From: Lama guanicoe
Taxonomy: Eukaryota
Reading direction: 5' to 3'
Assembly: GCA_013239625.1 (NCBI GenBank)
Contig: MU054212.1
Coordinates: 7,538,270 to 7,602,269 of the forward strand
DNA length: 64,000 nucleotides
Positions 53,860 through 64,000 of the stretch are shown here, piece after piece. Below the pieces are notes generated by a model, which ran no database searches, had not been told where the DNA came from, and saw only the letters and a list, made by a program, of their open reading frames with translations. Every line of letters starts with the position of its first letter. The first letter of the stretch is position 1. The position numbers were made by a program, and so were the translations under genes.

Positions 53860-56800
53860 CTCCAACAGGGGCGCTCGCAGGACCAGGCCACCCGGCTTGG
53901 AGACCGGAGCACCGACCTAGCAGCCGCCAGGGTAGCGGCTCAACCGCCCAGCCCTGGAAAGGCATCTGTCTCCTGGCCCGCCCCTCGGGGACAGAGGCGC
54001 TGATATGCTGGGGTTGTGCACGTCCCCTTCAAAGATCCGAAGACCTGAAAGCAGCTTGCCCCACCCTAATCCATCCTCGCATGGAAGCAGGGAGGATGCC
54101 GCCTTCCCGAGGAGTTGGAGGAGTCCCAGAGCCACGGGCTCTCTTCCAGGGATTCCCGCCGGTCTGCACACAGACTCAGCGACACCCTCCGCCAGCCCCT
54201 TCCATCCACTTGAGGTTATCTCCAAGGACCAGAACACCGAGTCCTCTCTCTTTTCTCTGCTCTTCCTTGGCATTTGGGGAGCTAAGTGTAGGGCTTCAGA
54301 GCCATGCAGAAGGCGGTCAGTGCAAGGGGACCTACAGGACCCCAGGCTTCCCGCAGGGTCAGCAGCTCGGCTTGGCCAGGCGTCTCATGTAAGGGGGACG
54401 ACGTGGGAGGGGGGTTGCCAGCAGTAAGTGACCTACTGCTCCCAGCCTGATAAATCGCATCCAAGAGAGGCACCCCTGACGGATGATTCAATATTGCATC
54501 TAGAAACTGATTCTACTCAGAGCCTAAAAGAACTGAATCATGGGTTTATTTACTGGAGCAAAATAAGAATAGGTGGAGAAGGTTAGCTGGCTTGGCTGCC
54601 AAGTGGACGTTGCTGCCTGGCTTTCAAAACCATCAGAAAGCACCACAGATTTTGAAAAAAAAAAATCACTGTTTAGGTGTAGACAAAGAAAAAGCCAAGG
54701 AAACTACTTTTCATTCTCTAGTTGAAATTTTGAGGACAGTTTTTCTATAGTTTACAATACGGATCTGTCTTCTTGAGCAATAATTAATATTTTAGTGCTA
54801 TAACCAGGAGTTTTCATAAAGCTTGTATTACGATCTTTTAATAAGATGCACAAAATTTGAAAATTAATAAATTCACAAGCAACATGTGTGTTGAATACAT
54901 ATTGTATCATTGATTTTTCTGAATATTTATGGAGATTCCTAATGAATCAGCTTATTGTTAAGTAATTGTTACCTAGCACTTACAGTGAAGATAATCTTTA
55001 ACTGGAGAAGATATGTGGGAAAATGAAGAGCATTCATCAAAATAGAATTAATAGTTTGCTTAAGACATTTTGAAGTGATTCGTTTTTTATATATATGTAT
55101 ATATTTACTTATATATATACGTCCCATATGTATATATAGGATACTAAATAAATTTCGCTACCAAAACAAAGGATTTTGAGTTAAAGTTTGGAGATTAGAT
55201 ATATGCCTTAAAATGCAAATTGAAGTGTTATCTAATTGTTAACTTATGTCCTCTTGTCCTTGCATGGAAATAATCAAACGTATAAGGCAGTTATTTTGAA
55301 AGGTGATTTTTCTAAAGAATTTCACTTTAACAATTAATTAATTAATTAAGACAATGTACCATTATTTAATCACCTTCCAAACTGCCAAGCTATTTCAAAC
55401 ATTACTGGAAGAAATATTTCTACTCTCTCCCTAAGATATTATCCATGCTCTTTATGCCAAATTTGTTCCTTAAAAAATTTTTTTTGCCTACATTGCTTAA
55501 AGGCAAATGTATATTTCAATTGGGAGACAGATCTGTCTATAAGTCATAGAATGTATTTAACACCTCAGTTTATGTTATCAGGATCCCACAGAAGGAGGCT
55601 CACGATCAGAGCGCCCCACACTCCAATGGGAAGTTTAAGTGAATGGGAAGTAAGTAGAAAAGCTTTTAGCTTTCCGGACTGCTGCTTTTGCCATTTGGAA
55701 AGGTTAGCCTAGCTTCTCACCCTTATTATTTCACACGGTATGAGAAGCTCTCGGCAGGCCTGGTACACTTTCAGCTAGGTCTCAATGTTTGCATAATCGA
55801 GTACTGTTCCATTTCCTCAAGGTGCAATATATGCCAGGGCATTAAAATATAAAATTTAACACAGAGCTGCTAGCTGATGCTTTCAAAATGAATAATTACC
55901 TGATCATTTAATATTAGTGTGCACTAGAGTTGAGGAAGCTGGGAAAAGAAAAGTACATTAAGAAATGATTTTAAAGAAACATACCATATACTCAATATGC
56001 AATTTTTATTAACAGATGTCTCTCGATAGTAGAGCCAGAGATGATTTTTTTCTTCTGGTTTTATTTTTTTAAGACATTTATAATAAGTGGATATTAATTT
56101 ATAATAAGCACTAATATACATTTAAGATTGATAAATGTCTATACTTTTAAAAGCATATTATGTTTATTTTAGTTTATTGGTTATGACAAGCAATGTTATA
56201 CTTTTTCAATGTTTAAAATCTTTCGGTAGTCCTATGTGGTAGATAAAAGGCCAACTGAATGAAAATCTACAATATATGTCTTTCCAAGAGTTGGGAACAT
56301 TTCACAGGTTCTTAAAATCAAACACAGGGCCAGAGAAACTTGTATGTAAATCTCCAGCTTACTCACTAAACAATTTTGTATTATAAGAAATTGTTACATT
56401 TACCTTCTTACAAGGCTGTCAACCCCCCGCCCCAAAGCATCATCTGATGGAAAACGGACAGTTTTAATCCACCACTCTATCAGAATAAAATCACATGCTA
56501 GCTTATCTGAGCCAGTAGCTACCAACTAATTTATAAGTTGGAGTTAAAGTGTTTGCTAGAAAAGCATTAATGAAACAACAAAAGGACACAACATAAAAGT
56601 AGCCACTCTGTAATAGGGTATGCCACCTGGACCTGAAGTGAATAAACAGATTCTGTCGTAGGTGAGCAGAGGTGAACAGAAAGATGGTTGTCTTTTTGCA
56701 GGAAATAGGATACACAAAAATCTGTCCAAATCCATTTCCCCAGAGTCCCACCATCAGAGGTGCCTCGTTTGAACTTGTGCTGATAATAAATATCTATCAA

Positions 56801-57087
56801 TAGAACAATACGAACTAAAGCTTATAAATCTATAACCATCAAACTGTTACTCCAACAGATGTGTAATAATTGATGTACAAAGTTCTGTGAAGCTTTAAAA
56901 TAGTCGTCTTTGACTTCTTACACTTCTGAAATATCCATATTAAGTGGTTCTCGAATCTGCTGAGGCTTGTCTGTATCTCTTGTTTGGATTACTTACTCAG
57001 TTTACTACTTGTTCTACTTGTTTCATTTCTAACTGCTACAATTCATTCTTCTCAGGGTAGTCTAAAGTATCTTTCTAAAACGAAAAT

Positions 57088-57419
57088 CTGAGTGATATTC
57101 TGAGTGTGTGTGTGTGTGTGTGTGCCACACGTACATACATACCACATCTTCTTTATCTAGTCATCTGTCAATGTACATTTAGGTTGTTTCCATGTCTTGG
57201 CTATTGTAAATAGTGCTGCTGTGAACATTGGGTAGATAAACAACAAAGACCTACTGTATAGCACAGGGAACTATATTCAGTTTCGTATAATGAGCCGTAG
57301 TGGAAAATAAACTGAAAATATATATGTAGGTATATGTATAACTGAATTGCTTTGCCGTACACCTGAAACTAACATGGTAAATCAACTACATTACAATAAA
57401 AAATAAGAATTAAAAAAAG
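57088..57419. mobile_element. 5'-inverted (twin-primed) L1 insertion: antisense ORF2-end piece joined to a sense 3' UTR and poly(A)
   Basis: 57088-57232 is the reverse complement of the L1 ORF2 end (TTCCATGTCTTGGCTATTGTAAATAGTGCTGC). 57233-57419 is a sense 3' UTR (CTACTGTATAGCACAGGGAACTATATTC...AATAAAAAA). Contains (TG)n. Confidence 0.8.
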
Positions 57420-57989
57420 ATGAGATTATCAAAGTAACTGACACTACTTATTCAAGTACCACATATAGATAAATGGGGAGAGAGAGCAAGCGAACACAAG
57501 CATTTAAAATGTATTACTGAGCTCACACAAAAGCACAGGAAATCCTCAAGGACCCAAAAATTAAAATTTAAAAGAAATGGTAAAAATGAAACCAGAGGAG
57601 TAAGCTATAATAGAAAACTAAAGCTTAGGCTTATCTGGGCGCAACTGCCTATACCAGGAACCTACAGCTTCTGGGGACTGGAGGGAGTAGGAAGAAAAAG
57701 AGACTAAATCTTGGATGCTGGCAAAGTAAGGAAAATGAAGCTGATCTGTAAGTGCGAGGAATCAGAGGGAAAGGAACGAATGAAAAGTGACTGCACGCGG
57801 GGCAATGCCTGCACATCCAGATTTTGCTTCACCAGTTCTCACTTCAATGTGATCTAAGTTTCCATTGAAACCACTGAGATCCTCCTTTCTAAATTTGTTT
57901 TTCTTTCTCTTTTTTATTTTCTAAATCTTCCTAGTCACTTTTACATAATTTCTTTCCCTCTAATTTAAGAAGATAACAGAATTTTCCAC

Positions 57990-58400
57990 AACTGATTAAA
58001 AAAGTCATTAATTCAGAAACTCAATAAGTACACATCAAAAAGGCTGATTATTTTAAAATCTCTACCTAGACACACTGCAGTGAATCTGAAGACCACCACA
58101 GAAAAATAAAGAAAAATAATGTAAAGATCTTCGAGAAAAAGAAACAGATCATCTACAGGGAAAGGACGTCAGGACTGAGAGCACGTTTCTCAACCTGAGG
58201 TATAATGGTACACAGAAAGAAAAGATCTTTTTAAAAAGTTTAAAAAGTTAAAATAATAAGTCTAAATGAAAATATTTTCAGCTAAGAAATTAAGAAATTT
58301 AACCACCCACAGACTTTAACTAAAGGAATTCCTAAACACTAATTTTAGGGGAAAAAAAATATCTCTGAAGGAAAAGGCCAAGAGACCACAAAAACACACC
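57990..58400 (+). mobile_element. Degraded ancient L1 ORF1-region fragment
   Basis: ACCTAGACACA...GAGAAAAAGAAACAGATCATCTACAGGGAA...ACTGAGAGCA..TTTCTCAAC resembles L1M ORF1. Confidence 0.55.
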
Positions 58401-58614
58401 TAAGTAAAACACATATTTCTCAATATGAACTGTCAAACCATTCACGGTTTGGCCTTATGAATTCTTTAATCTTGACTCTCAGAAGTCTCCCTGTCTTATT
58501 CTACTTTCTAGCCAAGCAATTCTTTTTTTTCAATTCTTAATGTATTTTTCCTCTTGCTTTTTAAACCTTGCACATGCTGTTTCTTCCACGTCACCCCGAC
58601 TCTCAATTTCCGAG

Positions 58615-58963
58615 ATCCCCTTCTGGAGGTTCTATGGGAGAATCATTTCCTTGCCTTTTCCACTCTTCATAGGCTACCTATATTCCTTGGCTCAGGGCCT
58701 CTTCTTTCATCTTCAAAGTGCATCATTCCAACCTTTGCTTCTGTCTTCACATCTCCTTCTTCGACTCTAGCCTTTTGTCTCGCTCTTAAAAGTACTCTTG
58801 AGGTTACACAGGGCCTACCTAGAAATTCTAGGATAACCTTCTTATCTCAAGATCCTAAACCTAATCACATCTTCAAGGTCCATTTTGCCACATAAAGCAA
58901 CGTACTGACAGGTTCTGGAGATCGGGATGCTGTCTTTTGGAAGCCATTGTTCTACATACCACT
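58615..58963 (-). mobile_element. MLT1 (MaLR) LTR, MLT1B/C-like
   Basis: CTGGAGGTTCTA.GGGAGAATC..TTCCTTGCCTTTTCCA...TAATCACATCT.CAA.GTCC.TTTTGCCA.ATAA...GCCATT.TTCT.C.TACCAC. Confidence 0.8.
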
Positions 58964-58998
58964 ATCATCAAATATTTTTGTTGAATATAGGAAATCAG

Positions 58999-60263
58999 GG
59001 AAACCATAAGTAAAACAAAAAGACAATCTACGGAATGGGAAAAAATTGTTACAAATTAAACCGACAAAGGCTTGATCTCCAGAATATATAAGCAGTTCAT
59101 ATGACTCAATAAGAAAAAAATAAACAACCCATCCAAAAATGGGCAGAAGACCTAAACAAGCAATTCTCCAAGGGAGACATACAAATGATCAATAGACACA
59201 TGAAAAAAATGCTCAATATCACTAATTATCAGAGAAATGCAAATCAAAACTACAATGAGGTATCACCTCACACCAGTCAGAATGGCCGTCATTCAAAAAT
59301 CCACAAATGACAAATACTGGAGGGGCTGCAGAGAAAAGGCGACCCTCCTTCACTGATGGTGGGAATGCAGTTTGGTGCAGCCACTGTGGAAAACAGTATG
59401 GAGATTCCTCAAAAGACTAGGAATAGACATACCATATGACCCAGGAATCCCACTCCTGGGCATATATCCAGAAGGAACCTTACTTCTGGATGACACCTGC
59501 ACCCCAATGTTCATAGCAGCACTCTTTACAATAGCCAAGACATGGAGACAGCCTAAATGTCCATCAATGGATGACTGGATAAAGAAGATGTGGTATATTT
59601 ATACAATGGAATACTACTCAGCCATAAAACCCAACAGCTTAATGCCATTTGCAGCAACATGGATGCTCCTGGAGAATGTCATTCTAAGTGAAGTAAGCCA
59701 GAAAGAGAAAGAAAAATACCATATGAGATCGCTCATATGTGGAATCTAAAAAACAAAAACAAACAAACAAACAAACAAAAACAAAGCGTAAATACAGGAC
59801 AAAAATAGACTCATAGACAGAGAATACAGACTTGTGGTTGCCAGGGGGGTGGAGGGTGGGAAGGGATAGACAGGGATTTCAAAATTGCAGAATAGATAAA
59901 CAAGATTACACTGTACAGCACAGGGAAATATACACAAAATGTTATGATAACTCAGAGAAAAAAATGTGACAATGAGTGTGTATATGTCCATGAATGACTG
60001 AAAAGTTGTGCTGAACACTGGAATTTGACACAACATTGTAAAGTGATTATAAATCAATAAAAATGTTAAAAAAAGATTATACTGTATAGCACAGGGAAAT
60101 ACACACAAGATCTTATGGTAGCTCACAGAGAAAAAAAATGTGACAATGAATATATATATGTTCATGTATGACTGAAAAATTGTGCTCTACACTGGAATTT
60201 GACACAACATTGTAAAATGATTATAAATCAATAAAAAATTTAAAAAGAAAAACCAAAAAAAAA
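58999..60263 (+). mobile_element. Young, lineage-specific 5'-truncated L1 (ORF2 C-terminus plus duplicated 3' UTR end)
   Basis: ORF 59372..59749 is the L1 ORF2 C-terminus ([12 protein letters not shown]...[11 protein letters not shown]...YTMEYYSAIK). Perfect 16-bp TSD GAATATAGGAAATCAG (58983-58998, 60264-60279); poly(A). Confidence 0.95.
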
Positions 60264-62034
60264 GAATATAGGAAATCAGATTTTTGTACTTGATAACATT
60301 TCAAGCTATTTTGAAGTACTCTATACAGGAAAAATATAATAATCTCACTATAAAAATATCCAAGTAAAATTAACTTTTATCAATTACAAATTTGTTGGGA
60401 AATGTGTAGTATACATACTAAATAATAATTGAAAGAAAACTTCCCAGATTGATAATCTACAGTCTAATATGATGATGATAAAGCCTACCATCCCTACAGC
60501 AACTAAAATGGGTATTACCCTTGCTACATTTCCAGCCAGTGTTCTATCCTGTCTGTCTAGTTTGAAACCTCTGAACAAGTTACTGATTGAGGCATTGAGT
60601 AAGGCATTAAGGGGAAATGTCAAAGCCAGACAGAGAATTATGTATCATAAACATATCATGTAACAAAGCCATGTATGTTTTCCTTGCCACACATTGTGCA
60701 ATCAGTGTGACTTAAACAGGACTTATAAAAACAATGGAGCAATACAGAATTTTACAATACACAAAATACTCCAGAGTTATCAGTTATCCAAACTGCATCT
60801 TATCGTGCTATCTTCAACCTTTACCTTTTTCCAGACTTAAAGTCCTCAGTCTGTTGCTGAGTATAAGAATACACACTCTTAAATTACCCATCACTTCTTT
60901 GATTAATATATTACTTTATTATTACTCTCACGGTACTTCAAATACACATCTTTTCTCTTTCAATCTGGATACGATACTCCTTGAGATAGAAAACAAATAT
61001 TTTATTTACAACTCCAATAATTCCTAACCTAGGCGTTTACATATATGTATATATGTGTGCGTGCACATATATATGCATATATGTGGGTGCATATATGTAC
61101 ACACATATACATATGTAAGCAAATCATTTCAAAATATACTTTTGACAACCTAAGTGAGGTTCTGTTACAAATCTGAAATTATCAAAATATATCTCTTCCA
61201 TGTCACCACCCAGCAGTACAGTAGCAAGTGAACTAAATATTTTTGGATAACTACATCAATATTAGTATATTAACAATTAATATTAGTCTATTGACTAATA
61301 TAATTTTGAATCATCCATTTTTACATGCTGACTAATATAAGAACTAGTCATACAAATCAGTTAAAGTGTGATTTTAACATTTTAATATGAAAATGAAAAG
61401 GTAAGCACTTGTAAATGAAAAATCAGTTTCTCCTTATATGCTCCAAATAAATGGTGAAGAAACATTTAAAGAGTATCTACCTAAGGGGCATCAAATTACT
61501 AGCTTGCTCTGGGGCTCCACATATCTCGATCTGCCTTCACATTATTATATGCAATCTTGAACAGCAAATCTTTGCCACACTCATGGATGTTGCAAATGTA
61601 TCAAAATCAAATCTTGTCAGTGCCATGTGTTGTCTGAATGTGCTTTTACTGGGGAAAAGCATCTCTCAACATGGGTGATATGTTCATCTTTCTCAATGTG
61701 AAGGATCATATTTATTTTAACCTCAATCATAATAAATGTTCACTCTTTCCTCATTTAGGAACCTCCCTTTAATGTCAACTTATCCTTTTTATTAACTATT
61801 TCAATTATACCTTAAAAATCCCTTAGGAAACTCATAACCTCATAGAGTGAAATCAGAGTAGCTGAATAGTACATTATGTACAATTAGGAAAGCAGATGAC
61901 GGTTAGCAAATTGCCTTGCCCTATTCAGTTAGTGTCCTACCAGTTTGCTTGCCCCTTTAGAGTAAACTAAAGTGTCAGCCTAACACTCAAAAGTTTTGGC
62001 AGAAAGCTTAAACTGTACTTTTCAAATTCAGTGT

Positions 62035-64000
62035 ATGGAAGTGATGTCAGCAAAAATGGTAGAGTAAGTACCTCTGAAAATCTGCTTTTCCTAAAAGCAA
62101 TAAAGGATCTGCCATAAATTGGCAGATACAACTTTTCCAAAAGACTGGAAATTCATCAAAGCCTTACAACAACCAAGCAAGCATTTATTAAGGAAAAAGA
62201 GCCAAGTCTTGGGAGGAATAGTGAAACTTACCATGGTTTAACTTGCTCTAGTTCTGTCTCCTAATGTGTTGCTCTGCAGTGGCTTTGAAAAGAAACAGCC
62301 CACATTATTAGTGCAGCCTTGTAGTTACCAGATGAAAGAGAATGGAACCGGAACTTTTTCGAAGCCTTAGTCCCAAAGAACATTCACATTATTTTATCCG
62401 TCTAGTGATTCCCTGGAAGACTCCACTTAGTAGGCTGTCTGAAATAAAATGACTCAGAACCCACCTAATGTGAAAAGCCTTTCCCTAGGAGCATTTACGG
62501 AAAACAATTACAGGAAGATGTTTTATTTTCACAGCCGCCTAAGACAGTGAATAACATTTGAGTCAAACAACAGACTGAACAAAATCTTAAAAGCAAAAAC
62601 TATGGAATGAGATGTCCATGAGGTTTTGAAAGGGTCCAACATATTCTCTAGGAATCCAGAAGGACACACACGTATAGAGATGTTTGCATGCTCAGGGAAG
62701 GTCTAAGAAGGTCCAAGGGTCAAACTTCTAGCTGACCTTGAGGCTCTGCACAAGCAGGAAGTAAAGGTTAGGAAAGAACTTCTTAGTGGGAAATTTACTG
62801 GTTCTAGGTATTTAGGAGAAGCATTTTGTATGCTATTGAAATTATGCTGATAAAAATCTTTACTAGACTGTTATATATTAAGAAATTGATGGTAATACTC
62901 AAAGCAACCACTAAGAAAACAACTCAAAAATATATACTAAAGGAAACAGAAAGAAAAATAAAATGGTACATGAGAAAATAAATCCTGAATACAAATGAAG
63001 ACAATATAGAAGGAATTAAGAAACAAAAAGACATGACATGTAGAAAACAAAGAGCAAAAGAGAAGAAATAAGACCTTTCTTATTAATAATTATATTAAAT
63101 GTAAGTGGATTAAATACAGCTATTAAAAGACAGATATTGGCATAATGGATTAAAAAATCATTCAAAAATACATCTACAAGAAATGTACTTTATAATTCAG
63201 ACACAAAAATGTTGAAGGTGAAAGGATGGAAAAAGATATATCATACAAACAGAAACCAAAAAGAGAGGTGAAGAGGCTGTATCAATGTTAAACCAAATGG
63301 ACTATAAGATAAAAATTATCACTAGATGCAGAGAAGGACATTTTATAATGATAACATTGACAGTCCTTCAAGAATATATAACAATCATTAACATATGCAT
63401 GCTGAACTACATAGCCATAAGCAAGAAGAAAAAACCTGATAGAATGATAGGGTGTAATAGTTCAAAAATAACAGTTGGAGACTTCAATACTCAACTTTCA
63501 ATAATGAATTAAACAACTAGACAGAAGATCGGCAAAGAAACAGACAACCTGAGCAACATTATAAAACAACTAAACATAACAGACATCTTTAGAGCATTCT
63601 GGCCAACAGCAGCAGAAATACATATTCTTCTCAAATGCACATGCAACATTCTCCATTATAGGCCATATACAAGGCCAAAAAATAAGTCTCAATAAATTCA
63701 AAAGAGTTGAAATCATACAAGATATGTTCTACAAACACAAGACAAAGAAATTAGAAATCAGTAACAAAGAAATTTGGAAAATTCATAAATATATAGAAAA
63801 TAAAACATACTCCTTAGTAACCAATAAGTAAATACTCTGAGATGAATGAAAACAAAAACATATCAAAACTTATAGGATACAGCAAAAGAAGTGCTTTGAG
63901 GAAAATTTATAGCTGTAAATAAATTTTAAAAAAGAAAGATTTCAAATAACCTAAGCTTCTGCTACAAGAAATTAGAAGAACAAAAGCAAGCTAAATTCAA
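62035..64000 (+). mobile_element. Old L1: 5' UTR-like segment, inter-ORF region and degenerate ORF2 endonuclease; runs off the window edge
   Basis: TTAAATGTAAGTGGATTAAAT (LNVNGLN-like, ~63096); ORF 63285..63512 contains EGHFIMI..INIC...ITVGDFNTQLS; 5' end GTCAGCAAAAATGGTAGAGTAAG. Confidence 0.88.

Larger units (their letters stand above)
53430..54300. promoter_or_regulatory. Intronic CpG island, probable alternative promoter
   Basis: Abrupt GC-rich, CpG-dense block in otherwise CpG-depleted AT-rich DNA; not recognisable as a repeat. Confidence 0.8.
1..64000 (-). other. NOL4: NOL4 gene body (part of intron 1, exons 2-5, part of intron 5); gene extends beyond both window edges
   Basis: Four spliced exons on the - strand join into one open frame that matches recalled mammalian NOL4 N-terminal protein sequence. 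Exon numbering is inferred from the human gene structure. Confidence 0.93.

Noticed and set aside
53344..54491. Cluster of long overlapping ORFs (e.g. 173 aa at 53444..53965, 140 aa at 54005..54427) as standalone genes
   Set aside because: Expected from the scarcity of stop codons in a GC-rich island; present in all frames with no recognisable domain.
59372..59749. 125-aa ORF as a host gene
   Set aside because: It is the C-terminus of L1 ORF2 in a 5'-truncated insertion.
61255..61345. Short AT-rich palindromes (ATATTAGTC-TATT-GACTAATAT)
   Set aside because: A 9-bp stem in very AT-rich, low-complexity DNA; not distinguishable from chance or slippage.
1..64000. CRISPR arrays, operons, rRNA, or the remaining 60-145 aa ORFs as genes
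   Set aside because: Mammalian intronic DNA; no repeat-spacer arrays; the remaining ORFs fall in repeats or lack recognisable homology and splice support.

Overview
Mammalian genomic DNA, AT-rich and repeat-rich. It is most likely from a camelid (alpaca/camel), because it carries a Vic-1-type tRNA-derived SINE and artiodactyl-type L1 3' ends. The whole window lies inside the minus-strand gene NOL4 (nucleolar protein 4). Four internal coding exons (150, 112, 113 and 133 nt; canonical AG/GT; frames join cleanly) encode a 169-aa segment that includes an integrase-like HHCC zinc finger. Exon 1 lies beyond the right edge and the downstream exons beyond the left edge. The introns hold old L1, L2, MIR and hAT/Tigger fossils, a heavily deleted 1.76-kb ERV1-class provirus with an intact 4-bp TSD, a solo LTR, and a young L1 with a 16-bp TSD and a duplicated 3' UTR. 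The most interesting unexplained structure is an intronic CpG island (~53.4-54.3 kb). It contains a strong-Kozak ATG, 25 open codons and a GTGAGT donor in phase with NOL4 exon 2, so it is a candidate alternative first coding exon, and a CTCF-like motif overlaps the ATG. No prokaryotic systems or CRISPR arrays were seen, and no clearly new biological system is demonstrated. Repeat family names come from recalled consensus sequences and were not verified by search.
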